This document shows, one piece after another, positions 52,801-64,000 of a stretch of DNA of 64,000 bases. The stretch is taken from the NCBI GenBank assembly GCA_051362555.1, contig CM120646.1, forward strand, positions 9,424,001-9,488,000, in the 5' to 3' direction. The notes under the pieces are model-generated. The model searched no databases, was not told the origin of the DNA, and saw only the letters and a list, made by a program, of their open reading frames with translations. This stretch comes from Lingula anatina (taxonomy: Eukaryota > Animalia > Brachiopoda). Position 1 is the stretch's first letter, and each line of letters begins with the position of its first letter. Position numbers and translations under genes: made by a program.

Positions 52801-52934
52801 TTTTACATTTACTTAATTTATAGATTTCTCAATTATATTTCTAAGTTTTAAGACTAGAAGAAAGACCAACAAACTTTTTTATATTTCACAACCAGTTTAT
52901 TACAGAGTAGTATCTTGAAATCATACATTTTCTT

Positions 52935-54845
52935 TTAATTACATGCTCTCTTTGAATAGCTGTGATCAGGAAGTAGAAGTTTTGGCATAGATATGCATCT
53001 TCTGTAGTCATTACTTTTCAATGCTTTAGATCTGTCATATCTTCTGTAACGGCTAAGGATTCTCCTTCTAGCTCTTAACTTAAATGCAACTGTCTTTTTG
53101 TGATTTACTCTCATTTTCATCTGTTTTTCATCTTTCTCCAGATATTTAAGGACTGAAGAAGTTGGCACAATACCAACAGAGGCCATCTTACTCAAAGTGG
53201 ATTGCTTAAGTCCATTATTCCGTAAGTGAACTGCACTGTGAATCCTGCCTGTGAAGTTCCAGAAAAAGCTGACAACTTAATCATTAGTTTTCTGAAATGT
53301 TCGGTTTAAAGACTCCACTTTTGTGTGTTGGTATTTAGTTTTGTTGATTCAGTTGCCCTTGGGCCCAGTCTATAACTTAGGCACTGTCTTTGGATGTGCA
53401 TATCTTCAGAGTTGCTAAGGTCTAGTTTGCCTTTCTGAGGGAAAATAGTTTCTGAGCCACCTTTACATACATAAGAGTTCTTTAAACAATTTTGACAATC
53501 AGCACTGTAGCAACTAATTATAGAGTCAGTGACATAACTCAGTGCTCTTTTAATCAATTCTATGTCCCCTTTATTTGTTTTAAAGCAAGCATCAATTCAA
53601 AATAGCAGCCCATTGCTATGCACTGAGCAAAGCGTTTTTGCATTTTGTCTCTTGTGTATTTTGTTTCTCCTGGAAACACTTGACAGGTAAATGGTGCTTT
53701 TTCTATTTGTTTTTTCAGAGCTTTGGTGAAGTGGCATGTGTCTCGAAGACTTTCAACACTGTCACATGCAGAGTGGGCTCGGCTATCACCCTCAGTGGCT
53801 AAGGCACCAACTGTGACTGCTCTCCAGAAATTTCCTCAAGGATCTGCTGCATGGCACGTTTCTGCTCTCCAATGCTGTCGTCTTCTGGTGGATTGGCCAT
53901 GCAGACTCCACTGTTCTCTGGACAGGAGACATCTTCCCCTCTACTTCTGAGCAGGTGAGCTGTGTGGCATAACTTGTTACCAGTGTAAACACCAATAATG
54001 TCTTTCTGGCTGGTCACATTTTCTGCTACAGTGTACTGAGTGGCTGGCTGGTATGGTGTTTTGTTCCCTCCACTGAACAGACTATTATTATATCTCCCAT
54101 CTCCTTTCACTGCTATGGGCTGTCCTCCATACCTTCTCAGATCTTGAATGCGACGTAGATTTTCATCGGATGTCAGCTTTGTTTAGCTCCATTATAGCTG
54201 CACTGACTTTGTTAGCTTGCTTTTGCATGGATGATGGGCTGGTCAGGGTCACATTGCTTGCCATTAGAATCTGTCTCATTGCTGTGTTAGAGATCATATT
54301 TTGAGACAGGCCTAATTGCAAGCCTGCGTTCACCGTTGCTGCTCTCAGGCCACGCTGCTTGCTTTGGACTTCATTGTACAGTTTCTGCTTCCTTCCCTGT
54401 CCTGTACTGACATGTGTCACATTTTAGTCCCATTGACCAAGCCACTCCCCACTTGCTCTCTGCCTCTCTGTCCCAAACCATTGAGCCAGTGCACTCGGCT
54501 GTACGCTCTGACAAGACTTTGTTGACCAGATTGACAATTTTTTCTGCTGAAACCAACTTGTATTCATCATCTGGGGGTTGGTGCTGGCTGCTGGACAAAC
54601 TCTCTGACTTGACCCTCCTATGTCCATGTATGTTGGGTGCATCAGGGTTGCTGCTGAGGGTTGTTGGTGGCCCGACAGTGGGTGGAGAGGAGGCTGCCTG
54701 GTACAACTCTTGGCTGAGTCTCATGTATCTTCTCACAATAGGCTCTGGAGGCTGGTCAGACTTCTATCTTGCATTGGATAGCATGTGTCCCTTCACAAAT
54801 ACACTTTCTCTTTGTTTTTTTCCAGCTGCCTTTACGGTACGACAT
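52935..54845 (-). pseudogene. DDE transposase, copy 4
   Basis: Same motifs; private lesion near 54165. Confidence 0.8.
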
Positions 54846-55715
54846 GGCGGTAAGAGAGTGACTACTGAGACATGAGTCGGGGACAGGGCATTTAATAAGC
54901 ATCAGCTGCCCATTGTCTCTCCCAGGTGTGCAGGAAAGCAGGGTACATGACAACAAAAGGTGTGAACAGTGATCGGAGGGGAAGTCCCTGTAAACAGCAA
55001 ACTGCACGGCCCCAGTGCAGGGGGGGGGGGGTACCCAGCCTAGCAGTGAGTATTGTTATGCAGGGAAGGACAGGAAGCCTGATTTCCTGTATCCTCACGA
55101 CACACACAAATAAACATAAACAACAGTTGTGACAATTAACCTTGCACTTGACTTTAAGTAATTTTTAAATATTTTAAAATCTTTTTATTAGTAATTTTCC
55201 ACTTCTCACATTTTATTTCTCAGCAAAGTGCACTTAAACTAGTCACAACCAGTTAAGATGCGTATCTCAGATTTTCACACATGTCCATCATCCGGTGTCC
55301 AAATTTGAAAACAATTGAAACAAATTCAGGCACAGAAATTTGCATTTAACTTTTTATCACTCATGAAATTGTGCTTTCTCACCAGGTGCAATGTTGGCTA
55401 AAGTGGCCCATACAGCAACCACATTTTCAACTTGACAGGGCTCAGTCACCAAGAGACCGTTCTCAGTCATATTGGGCGGAGCAGTTGGCAGTGTATTAAG
55501 GTTTTAATTTTTGGTGTCAGAAGGTAAGAACAGCGGGTGGTGGTTTCTGTGAAGGGCAGAAACCACTAAATCAACCATCACCAACTGTTATAGACGCGTG
55601 TAGTTCAGTGGGAGAAAATTAGTGCTTTTTTTTTCTTTTTTTTTTCTGACATTTCTTGTGTGTTCCTAGGGTTAATTTTGGTATCAACTAGCAGACTAGG
55701 GAGTAAATTACTGCC

Positions 55716-55747
<32 letters not shown>

Positions 55748-55769
55748 CAGAACCAGGCACAGGTGCGGT

Positions 55770-56109
55770 CACTAGTGGGCTAGATTTGGTCTTAAAGTGC
55801 AATTTAAGTTCACAAGTGATCTTACACGATCTTAATCATTACAGCAGTAGTCTTAAAATGGACTGAATCTGCTTTTAAGATCAAAAATGATCTAACATCT
55901 ACTTAAGTGGTCAAGCAGTTTCCTCCCCTCACAATGGGGGACACCTCCCCTCACAATAGAGGACACCTCTGCTCACAATAGGAGAATGTGTAAGGGAAGA
56001 CAGCTTAATTGGCTGTCAGACTAGAAATGGTCTTACTCAAGTTTTAAGATCATGTAAGACTATTTGTGTTCTTAAATTGCATTTTAAGACCATATCAAGC
56101 CCACTAGTG
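55770..56109. mobile_element. CACTA-like MITE, duplicate of 46432-46762 at the same unit position
   Basis: Same termini and GGT TSD. Confidence 0.88.
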
Positions 56110-56699
56110 GGTGCAGTGCAGTCGTGAGACCTCTGGCGGAGGGGTTACTGACTGTGAGTGGTGCAGTGGTTTGTTTACAAACAGAGGGGTGCACATGTTC
56201 AAGTGATGCCGGTAAGAAAGTTCAGTTGATGACAGTATATTTTTTTGCCATTGGGAGTTATGTCAGTGTGTCTGCTGTCCATGGGGATGGGAAATGTTTC
56301 ACCCAGTGATTTTGTTCATGCAGTTTAGCAGGCATTTCTTAGTGTGGTCGTCAATGGGAAATTATTTGGTGGTTTCTGGAAAAAGACAACTGTTCACTTT
56401 TGGCTTAGGGTGCTTTCCCAGAGATTTAGATCGATCTAAATATTAAAATTTAGATCGACCTAACTCCCTGGGGGTTCACGCTAAATTGCAGTCAGCCAAA
56501 CGGGCACCATAGTTAATTACCCAATTACAGCTTTTAGTAGGCGGAACAGATGCTTAAGCCGGCCAAGCTGACAGTAATCTAGTGAATCTCCCCACAGGGA
56601 TAGATCGATCTAAAAATCTATGGAAATGGGGTGTTAGTTTCTATATTTAGAGCAGCACAGGCTATAAAAGGGTGGTCTTGCATTATTTCAAACACAGAA

Positions 56700-57047
56700 A
56701 TGGCTAATCAGCAATTTCTTGTAGAATTGAGTGATAAATTACATGCAAGATTGCATAACACACAGGAGAGATACTGTTGGCTGTGGACTGGGGGCACCAC
56801 TTGTTCCAGTGGGGTTCGTTATGGGATGATGAGGGTTATATTTCCTGGGGCCAGACACTCCGTTACTGTTGGAGTGCACAGGGTGGCATTTATGCTGAAG
56901 GAGAGGATTTTAAACATACCGAGAGGGATAGAAGTATCTCAACTGTGTGGAGTCAATCTGTGCTATAACCCCAATCATCTCACAGCAGAGCCTCACGGAA
57001 TCAACAATAACAGATTACATTGTCGTTATGTGGGCAGGTGCCTCTGA
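56700..57047 (+). CDS. His-Me finger endonuclease, same protein sequence as 47353-47700
   Basis: Identical ORF translation, offset 9347. Confidence 0.8.
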   Translation: MANQQFLVELSDKLHARLHNTQERYCWLWTGGTTCSSGVRYGMMRVIFPGARHSVTVGVHRVAFMLKERILNIPRGIEVSQLCGVNLCYNPNHLTAEPHGINNNRLHCRYVGRCL

Positions 57048-57244
57048 CACAGACAGAGGTCAAATTGTGTACATGATAATTGTTATTATTATTGCTGTTA
57101 TAATTATTATTAATTTTACATTTACTTAATTTATAGATTTCTCAATTATATTTCTAAGTTTTAAGACTAGAAGGAAGACCAACAAACTTTTTTATATTTC
57201 ACAACCAGTTTATTACAGAGTAGTATCTTGAAATACATTTTCTT

Positions 57245-59056
57245 TTAATTACATGCTCTCTTTGAATAGCTGTGATCTTCTGTGGTCATTACTTTTCAAT
57301 GCTTTAGATATGTCATATCTTTTGTAACGGCTAAAGATTCTCCTTCTAGCTCTTAACTTAAATGCAACTGTCTTTTTGTGATTTACTCTCATTTTCATCT
57401 GTTTTTCATCTTTCTCCATTATTCCGTAAGTGAACTGCACTGTGAATCCTGCCTGTGAAGTTCCAGAAAAAGCTGACAACTTAATCATTAGTTTTCTGAA
57501 ATGTTCGGTTTAAAGACTCCACTTTTGTCTGTTGGTATTTAGTTTTGTTGATTCAGTTGCCCTTGGGCCCAGTCTATAACTTAGGCACTGTCTTTGGATG
57601 TGCATATCTTCAGAGTTGCTAAGGTCTAGTTTGCCTTTCTGAGGGAAAATAGTTTCTGAGCCACCTTTACATACATAAGAGTTCTTTAAACAATTTTGAC
57701 AATCAGCACTGTAGCAACTAATTATAGAGTCAGTGACATAACTCAGTGCTCTTTTAATCAATTCTATGTCCCCTTTATTTGTTTTAAAGCAAGCATCAAT
57801 TCAGAATAGCAACCCATTGCTATGCACTGAGCAAAGCGTTTTTGCATTTTGTCTCTTGTGTATTTTGTTTCTCCTGGAAACACTTGACAGGTAAATGGTT
57901 CTTTTTCTATTTGTTTTTTCAGAGCTTTGGTGAAGTGGCATGTGTCTCGAAGACTTTCAACACTGTCACATGCAGAGTGGGCTCGGCTATCACCCTCAGT
58001 GGCTAAGGCACCAACTGTGACTGCTCTCCAGAAATTTCCTCAAGGATCTGCTGCATGGCACGTTTCTGCTCTCCAATGCTGTCGTCTTCTGGTGGATTGG
58101 CCATGCAGACTCCACTGTTCTCTGGACAGGAGACATCTTCCCCTCTACTTCTGAGCAGGTGAGCTGTGTGGCATAACTTGTTACCAGTGTAAACACCAAT
58201 AATGTCTTTCTGGCTGGTCACATTTTCTGCTACAGTGTACTGAGTGGCTGGCTGGTATGGTGTTTTGTTCCCTCCACTGAACAGACTATTATTATATCTC
58301 CCATCTCCTTTCACTGCTATGGGCTGTCCTCCATACCTTCTCAGATCTTGAATGCGACGTAGATTTTCACGGCGCTGTTGCATGTCAGCTTTGTTTAGCT
58401 CCATTATAGCTGCACTGACTTTGTTAGCTTGCTTTTGCATGGATGATGGGCTGGTCGGGGTCACATTGCTTGCCATTAGAATCTGTCTCATTGCTGTGTT
58501 AGAGATCATATTTTGAGACAGGCCTAATTGCAAGCCTGCGTTCACCGTTGCTGCTCTCAGGCCACGCTGCTTGCTTTGGACTTCATTGTACAGTTTCTGC
58601 TTCCTTCCCTGTCCTGTACTGACATGTGTCACATTTTAGTCCCATTGACCAAGCCACTCCCCACTTGCTCTCTGCCTCTCTGTCCCAAACCATTGAGCCA
58701 GTGCACTCGGCTGTACGCTCTGACAAGACTTTGTTGACCAGATTGACAATTTTTTCTGCTGAAACCAACTTGTATTCATCATCTGGGGGTTGGTGCTGGA
58801 TGCTGGACAAACTCTCTGACTTGACCCTCCTATGTCCACGTATGTTGGGTGCATCAGGGTTGCTGCTGAGGGTTGTTGGTGGCCCGACAGTGGGTGGAGA
58901 GGAGGCTGCCTGGTACAACTCTTGGCTGAGTCTCATGTATCTTCTCACAATAGGCTCTGGAGGCTGGTCAGACTTCTATCTTGCATTGGATAGCATGTGT
59001 CCCTTCACAAATACACTTTTTCTTTGTTTTTTTCCAGCTGCCTTTACGGTACAAAT
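57245..59056 (-). pseudogene. DDE transposase, copy 5
   Basis: Same motifs; putative start ATG lost. Confidence 0.8.
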
Positions 59057-60312
59057 GGTGGTAAGAGAGTGACTACTGAGACATGAGCCAGGGATAGGGC
59101 ATTTAATAGCATCAGCTGCCCATTGTCTCTCCCAGGTGTGCAGGAAAGCAGGGTACATGACAACAAAAGGTGTGAACAGTGATCGGAAGTGGAAGTCCCT
59201 GTTAACAGCAAACTGCATGGCCCCAGTGCAGGGGGGGGGGGGGTACCCAGCCTAGCAGTGAGTATTATGCAGGGAAGGACAGGAAGCCTGATATCCTGTA
59301 TCCTCACAACACACACAAACAAACATAAACAACAGTTGTGACAATTAACCTTGCACTTGACTTTAAGTAATTTTTAAATATTTTAAAATCTTTTTATTAG
59401 TAATTTTCCACTTCTCACATTTTATTTCTCAGCAAAGTGCACTTAAACTGGTCACAACCAGTTAAGATGCGTATCTCAGATTTTCACACATGTCCATCAT
59501 CCGGTGTCCAAATTTGAAAACAATTGAAACAAATTTTAGGCACAGAAATTTGCATTTAACTTTTTATCACTCATGAAATTGTGCTTTCTCACCAGGTGCA
59601 ATGTTGGCTAAAGTGGCCCATACAGCAACCACATTTTCAACTTGACAGGGCTCAGTCACCAAGAGACCATTCTCAGTCATATTGGGTCGGAGCAGTTGGC
59701 AGTGTATTAAGGTTTTAATTTTTGGTGTCAGAAGGTAAGAACAGTGGGTGGTGGTTTCTGTGAAGGGCAGAAACCACTAAATCAACCAATCACCAACTGT
59801 TATAGACACATGTAGTTCAGTGGGAGAAAATTAGTGCTTTTTTTTCTTTTTTCCTGACATTTCTTGTGTGTTGCTAGGGTTAATTTTGGTATCAACTAGC
59901 AGGCTAGGGATTAAATTACTGCCAGTTTTTTTTTTTTTTTTCAGGACCAGGCACAGGTACGGTGCAGTGCAGTTGTGAGACCTCTGGCGGAGGGGTTACT
60001 GACTGTGAGTGGTGCAGTGGTTTGTGTACAAACAGAGGGGTGCACATGTTCAAGTGATGCCGGTAAGAAAGTTGAGTTGATGACAGTTTATTTTTTTGCC
60101 ATTGGGAGTTATGTCAGTGTGTCTGCTGTCCATGGGGATGGGAAATGTTTCACCCAGTGATTTTGTTCATGCAGTTTAGCAGGCATTTCTTAGTATGGTC
60201 GTCAATAGGAAATTATTTGGTGGTTTCTGGGAAAATGACAACTGTTCACTTTTGGCTTAGTTTCTATATTTAGAGTAGCACAGGCTGGTCTTGCATCATT
60301 TCAAACACAGAA

Positions 60313-60658
60313 ATGGCTAATCAGCAATTTCTTGAAGAATTGAGTCATAAATTGCATGCAAGATTGCATAACACCAGGAGAGATACTGTTGGCTGTGGAC
60401 GGGGGCACCAGTTGTTCCAGTGGGGTCAGTTATGGGATGATGAGGGTTACATTTCCTGGGGCCGGACACTCCGTTACTGTTGGAGTGCACAGGGTGGTAT
60501 TTATGCTGAAGGAGAGGATTTTGAGCATACCGAGAGGGATAGAAGTATCTCAACTGTGTGGAGTCAATCTGTGCTGTAACCCCTATCATCTCACAGCAGA
60601 GCCTCACGGAATCAACAATAACAGATTACATTGTCGTAATGTGGGCAGGTGCCTCTGA
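60313..60658 (+). pseudogene. His-Me finger endonuclease, frameshifted
   Basis: MANQQFL start in one frame, VHRV..SQLC..CCNPYHL in another; TATA-containing segment deleted. Confidence 0.78.
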
Positions 60659-63619
60659 CACAGACAGAGGTCAAATTGTGTACATGATAATTGTTATTAT
60701 TATTATTGCTGTTATTACAGGTAACGGATTATGTCAGAGGACAACGCACCACTAACGCGTTGGGTGATTGAAAAATTCGTCTAATACCTAACTACGCCCC
60801 CTTTTTATGAATGGTTGCCGTGGAAAGAAGACAATGAGACCATAAGTAATTAACGCATCGACACTAAGGTTTAACAATGATGTTTTTCTCAAGCCAGCAC
60901 GTAGCGCGAGCCTTGTCAAAATAAGCTGTTGAAGCCGCAGCGGGACGCCAACACCACTTTATCTTTGCTTGTAATGTAATCCGGTAAACGACGTGTGGCT
61001 CGTTGAATCAGCTATTAAGATCGCTTCAGTTAATTATAACCTTGTGGAACGTGCTTGCATCATATATCTCGCTAGACAACTTTATTGACTTATTTCACTA
61101 TGGATTTGCCGAGCATTACTTAAATTTTACCTGAACAATTTACCGGGCGATCTCGACATTGTGACCCTCACATTGCAGGGCATGACTCGCGTATATGCAC
61201 AGAGTCTGCTTGATATGAATATACTAATGCTGCCGTGGTTTAATATGTTCTTTAAAACTTCATATTACACTGTAAACATCCTTTCAGGCCACCATTCACA
61301 GAAACTTTATTTTCAAAACAATAACTACATTCCGCGTCGAGTCGACTTTGAGCACGCGGCTGATATTTCATTGGCGCCATTTTTTACATGTGCAAGCAAC
61401 AATGTATCGAACGCGCTAACTACATTGCGACAAAGTCGTTATAGCTTTTAGATAGAACTGTTAAAAGTGCTTATGCACCTCAGTAACCTTTTTGTTTACT
61501 TTACACTTTTATATCCAATTGAATTCCAGGTTACAAGTACGGTTACAAAGGTAATTCAGACGATGTAGGCACATGTACATGCCTTATCCGACCACAGTGT
61601 TAATTTATTGGTTTGTTTGCGGTCATTTTTATGTTGCCATGTTGCTCACTATTTTTGTTTTAATGTTTCATCTAAAAGTCAACTTAAATTTTATAACTAT
61701 TAATTGCATGGAATCAACATTTGTTCGGTTAGACTATTAAACTAAATTAGACTTTTAAGTAACAAGTTAAAACTTTAAAACAGTTAAACTTTTAAATTGT
61801 GGAAAAAAGATCAAACTAACATTCGAACTAACATATTCACTGCATGCAACGTTCAGTATTATTTTGTTATCAACATTTGCTTGATGGTAAAAGTTGTTGT
61901 TTTAAATAGGTCCATTTTTCATATAAAGTAATAAAAGGGCCCTTAAATAGCCTAATTTTCATAAGAATTTTCAGTGTTTAAATTGTTTGTTTTTATTTGC
62001 TTCATTTTACAGATTATTGCTTGCTGAAAATTGGATAAAATGTAGGACGTGTTAAGGACAATTAACTTTCTGTAAAAATTATCCAGGTTTGTATTAATGT
62101 AAACAAAACTGAATTAAACCTTCTTTAAAATAATGCAATTGTTCTTCATGTACGCATACACATTGTATATTGAATATGTAGACCCCCCTCCCAAGTAAAA
62201 CGCTTCTAATATATACCCTGTATCCTTTTTTCTCTTCAGACAGACACAATAGAGAATGTGGTCAAACCAAAAATGCTTTTTGGCAAACAGATAACAGATT
62301 CATCAGTATAAATAAAAGGAAACACTTCAGCAATTTTTTCTTCTGTTTTTTTTTTCCTGTCTCAGTGAAAACTTAAATACCCCTAGGATGCTACGTGGGC
62401 CAAGCGTTCCAAAGTAACACGTACCAGTATCAGCATTCTTCAACAAAAAAAGTTAGAAACATTGGTATCTGCAGTGCAGTAAAATTTGAAAGAAAGACAG
62501 AAGACAAAGGCCACTCTCACATCAGGTTTTCTCCCTGTCATTATTTTATATAAGGAGTCTGCTAGTCCTCTGGTTTTCCCTTCTACTTTTTTTTCATCAC
62601 TACATTCTTGTTTCACCTACAGATGTTATTATAATATATCTTAAATAATAATAAAGCAAAAATGAATATTGCATAGTTTTGGATCACTATAACATATTTT
62701 TTCTTATGACGGGGCTGAACCCGATCTCAATCAACAGCCTACAAAGCACATACCAACATCTCAACATTCCGTTTGAGAACGTTCATTTCGAAAAAAGTAT
62801 TTGTACAAATTTCGAGTGTTGGTAGTGAGTGCTTTCAATCTTTAAGTTGATCTTTGAAATAAAATTACATAAACTGTGATAATTTTGAGCCTTCCAGCAG
62901 TATTGTTATATGCGTGCTGATGTCTCTGTCCTTATCGGTATTCATCGGACATACCTCAACAGACAATGGAAGAGGAAGTGACAAAAGAGTAGGAAACTAT
63001 CAATGCTATCATGAGCCAGCACTAATGTCCCTGAAATAAAGACAGGCGATGGTTATCTGTAACTACCTCTGGTTGAAGAGAATGAGGTGAGAAATCGACC
63101 ACTAATTACTGTGGCCATAAACTTCGTTATTAACCTAATTTGCCTTCTCCACCTAGATCTCGAAGCCCAGTCTATCACGATGCAAATATTTACGTCTGTG
63201 ACCACATTCTGTACACCGCAACGTATACCAAATAATATACGTACATTGCGAACAAAATTAAAACAAATATATATAAAAAGCAACTGTCACACGCATGAGA
63301 TGGACAGTGAATCGTTCAGCTATTCGGGGGATAAAACCATCTGACTCAACACACTTCATGACAAAGAACGTTCACACAAAAGAAAATGATAAGATAATAA
63401 AAACAATTACGGAACGCCACCCTACAATACATATCAACCCACTTTTTTAATTATTTACCAGGGGTGAAGGATGCGAACATTATTTGTATCTATATTTATA
63501 ACAAATGTTTCACTGCCACCCCTTTACCCAGTACACACGACAGCTACCGCTCATATTTGTGTAGTGAAGATGGATGAGATAGCATATATGAACTGATACA
63601 GAGTTTTTTTTTCTGTTTT

Positions 63620-63874
63620 AGGAAAGTGATCTTCGTTTTGTACTGCATTTTGTACTGTTTACTAAACTAGTAATTAACCAGCGAGGGGTAGGTTAAGAGT
63701 GCAATTAGCTCGTTACTAACAAAGAACTGCAACTCTTGTTAACGCGTAAGGGCAGCTAAGACTTCTATCAACTTGTGTCGCTAAAAATAATCATAGTGCG
63801 GTTTCAGGAAAGTGATCTACTGCGTTTTGTGATGTTAAGTAAACTAGTAATTAACCAGCGAGGGGTAGGTTAAG
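63620..63874. repeat. Two imperfect ~70 bp direct repeats
   Basis: AGGAAAGTGATCT...TAAACTAGTAATTAACCAGCGAGGGGTAGGTTAAG near 63620 and 63807. Confidence 0.7.
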
Positions 63875-64000
63875 GATCAGGGGCGTAACCTGACCTTTTA
63901 GAATTCTAAGCACAGATTTTCAAAATTCCCAGGTATGGTTAAATGTAAATTTAAAATAAATTTAATTCGCCAAATATCATAGCTAAGTTTTCACCAGTAA

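Larger units (their letters stand above)
38947..60716. mobile_element. Tandem array of KolobokP-like elements (DDE transposase + His-Me finger endonuclease)
   Basis: AGGGCAGAAACCACTAAATC recurs at 38947, 41761, 46221, 50411, 55553 and 59764; each interval holds a near-identical transposase relic, and most also a nuclease gene or remnant. Confidence 0.8.

Noticed and set aside
60717-63061. Possible TA-flanked TIR element truncating the array (TACAGGTAAC / GTTATCTGTA)
   Set aside because: Match too short and imperfect to support

Overview
AT-rich animal (probably marine invertebrate/lophotrochozoan, inferred) repeat-dense DNA with no confidently identifiable host gene. Left two thirds: a ~430-450 bp satellite (~700 bp where it carries an old MITE) riddled with nested insertions, including piggyBac-like, CACTA-like, Harbinger/Zator-like and Tc1/mariner-like non-autonomous elements, two DIRS tyrosine-recombinase retroelement relics, a young full-length Mag-type Gypsy element with apparently identical LTRs, and a 5'-truncated Rex1/Babar LINE. 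38947-60716 is a head-to-tail array of about five 2.8-5.1 kb units. Each unit pairs a disabled DDE transposase (minus strand) with an I-PpoI-like His-Me finger (His-Cys box) endonuclease gene (plus strand, deleted in the first unit and largely deleted in the second) and a ~470 bp module bounded by inverted motifs. This architecture resembles KolobokP. The nuclease copies carry Gln at the catalytic His. Two notable scars: a U5+PBS copy inserted into the Gypsy gag zinc knuckle, and a transposase fragment in the satellite that preserves the reading frame lost in all array copies. All family calls come from motif and structure recognition by eye, not database searches.
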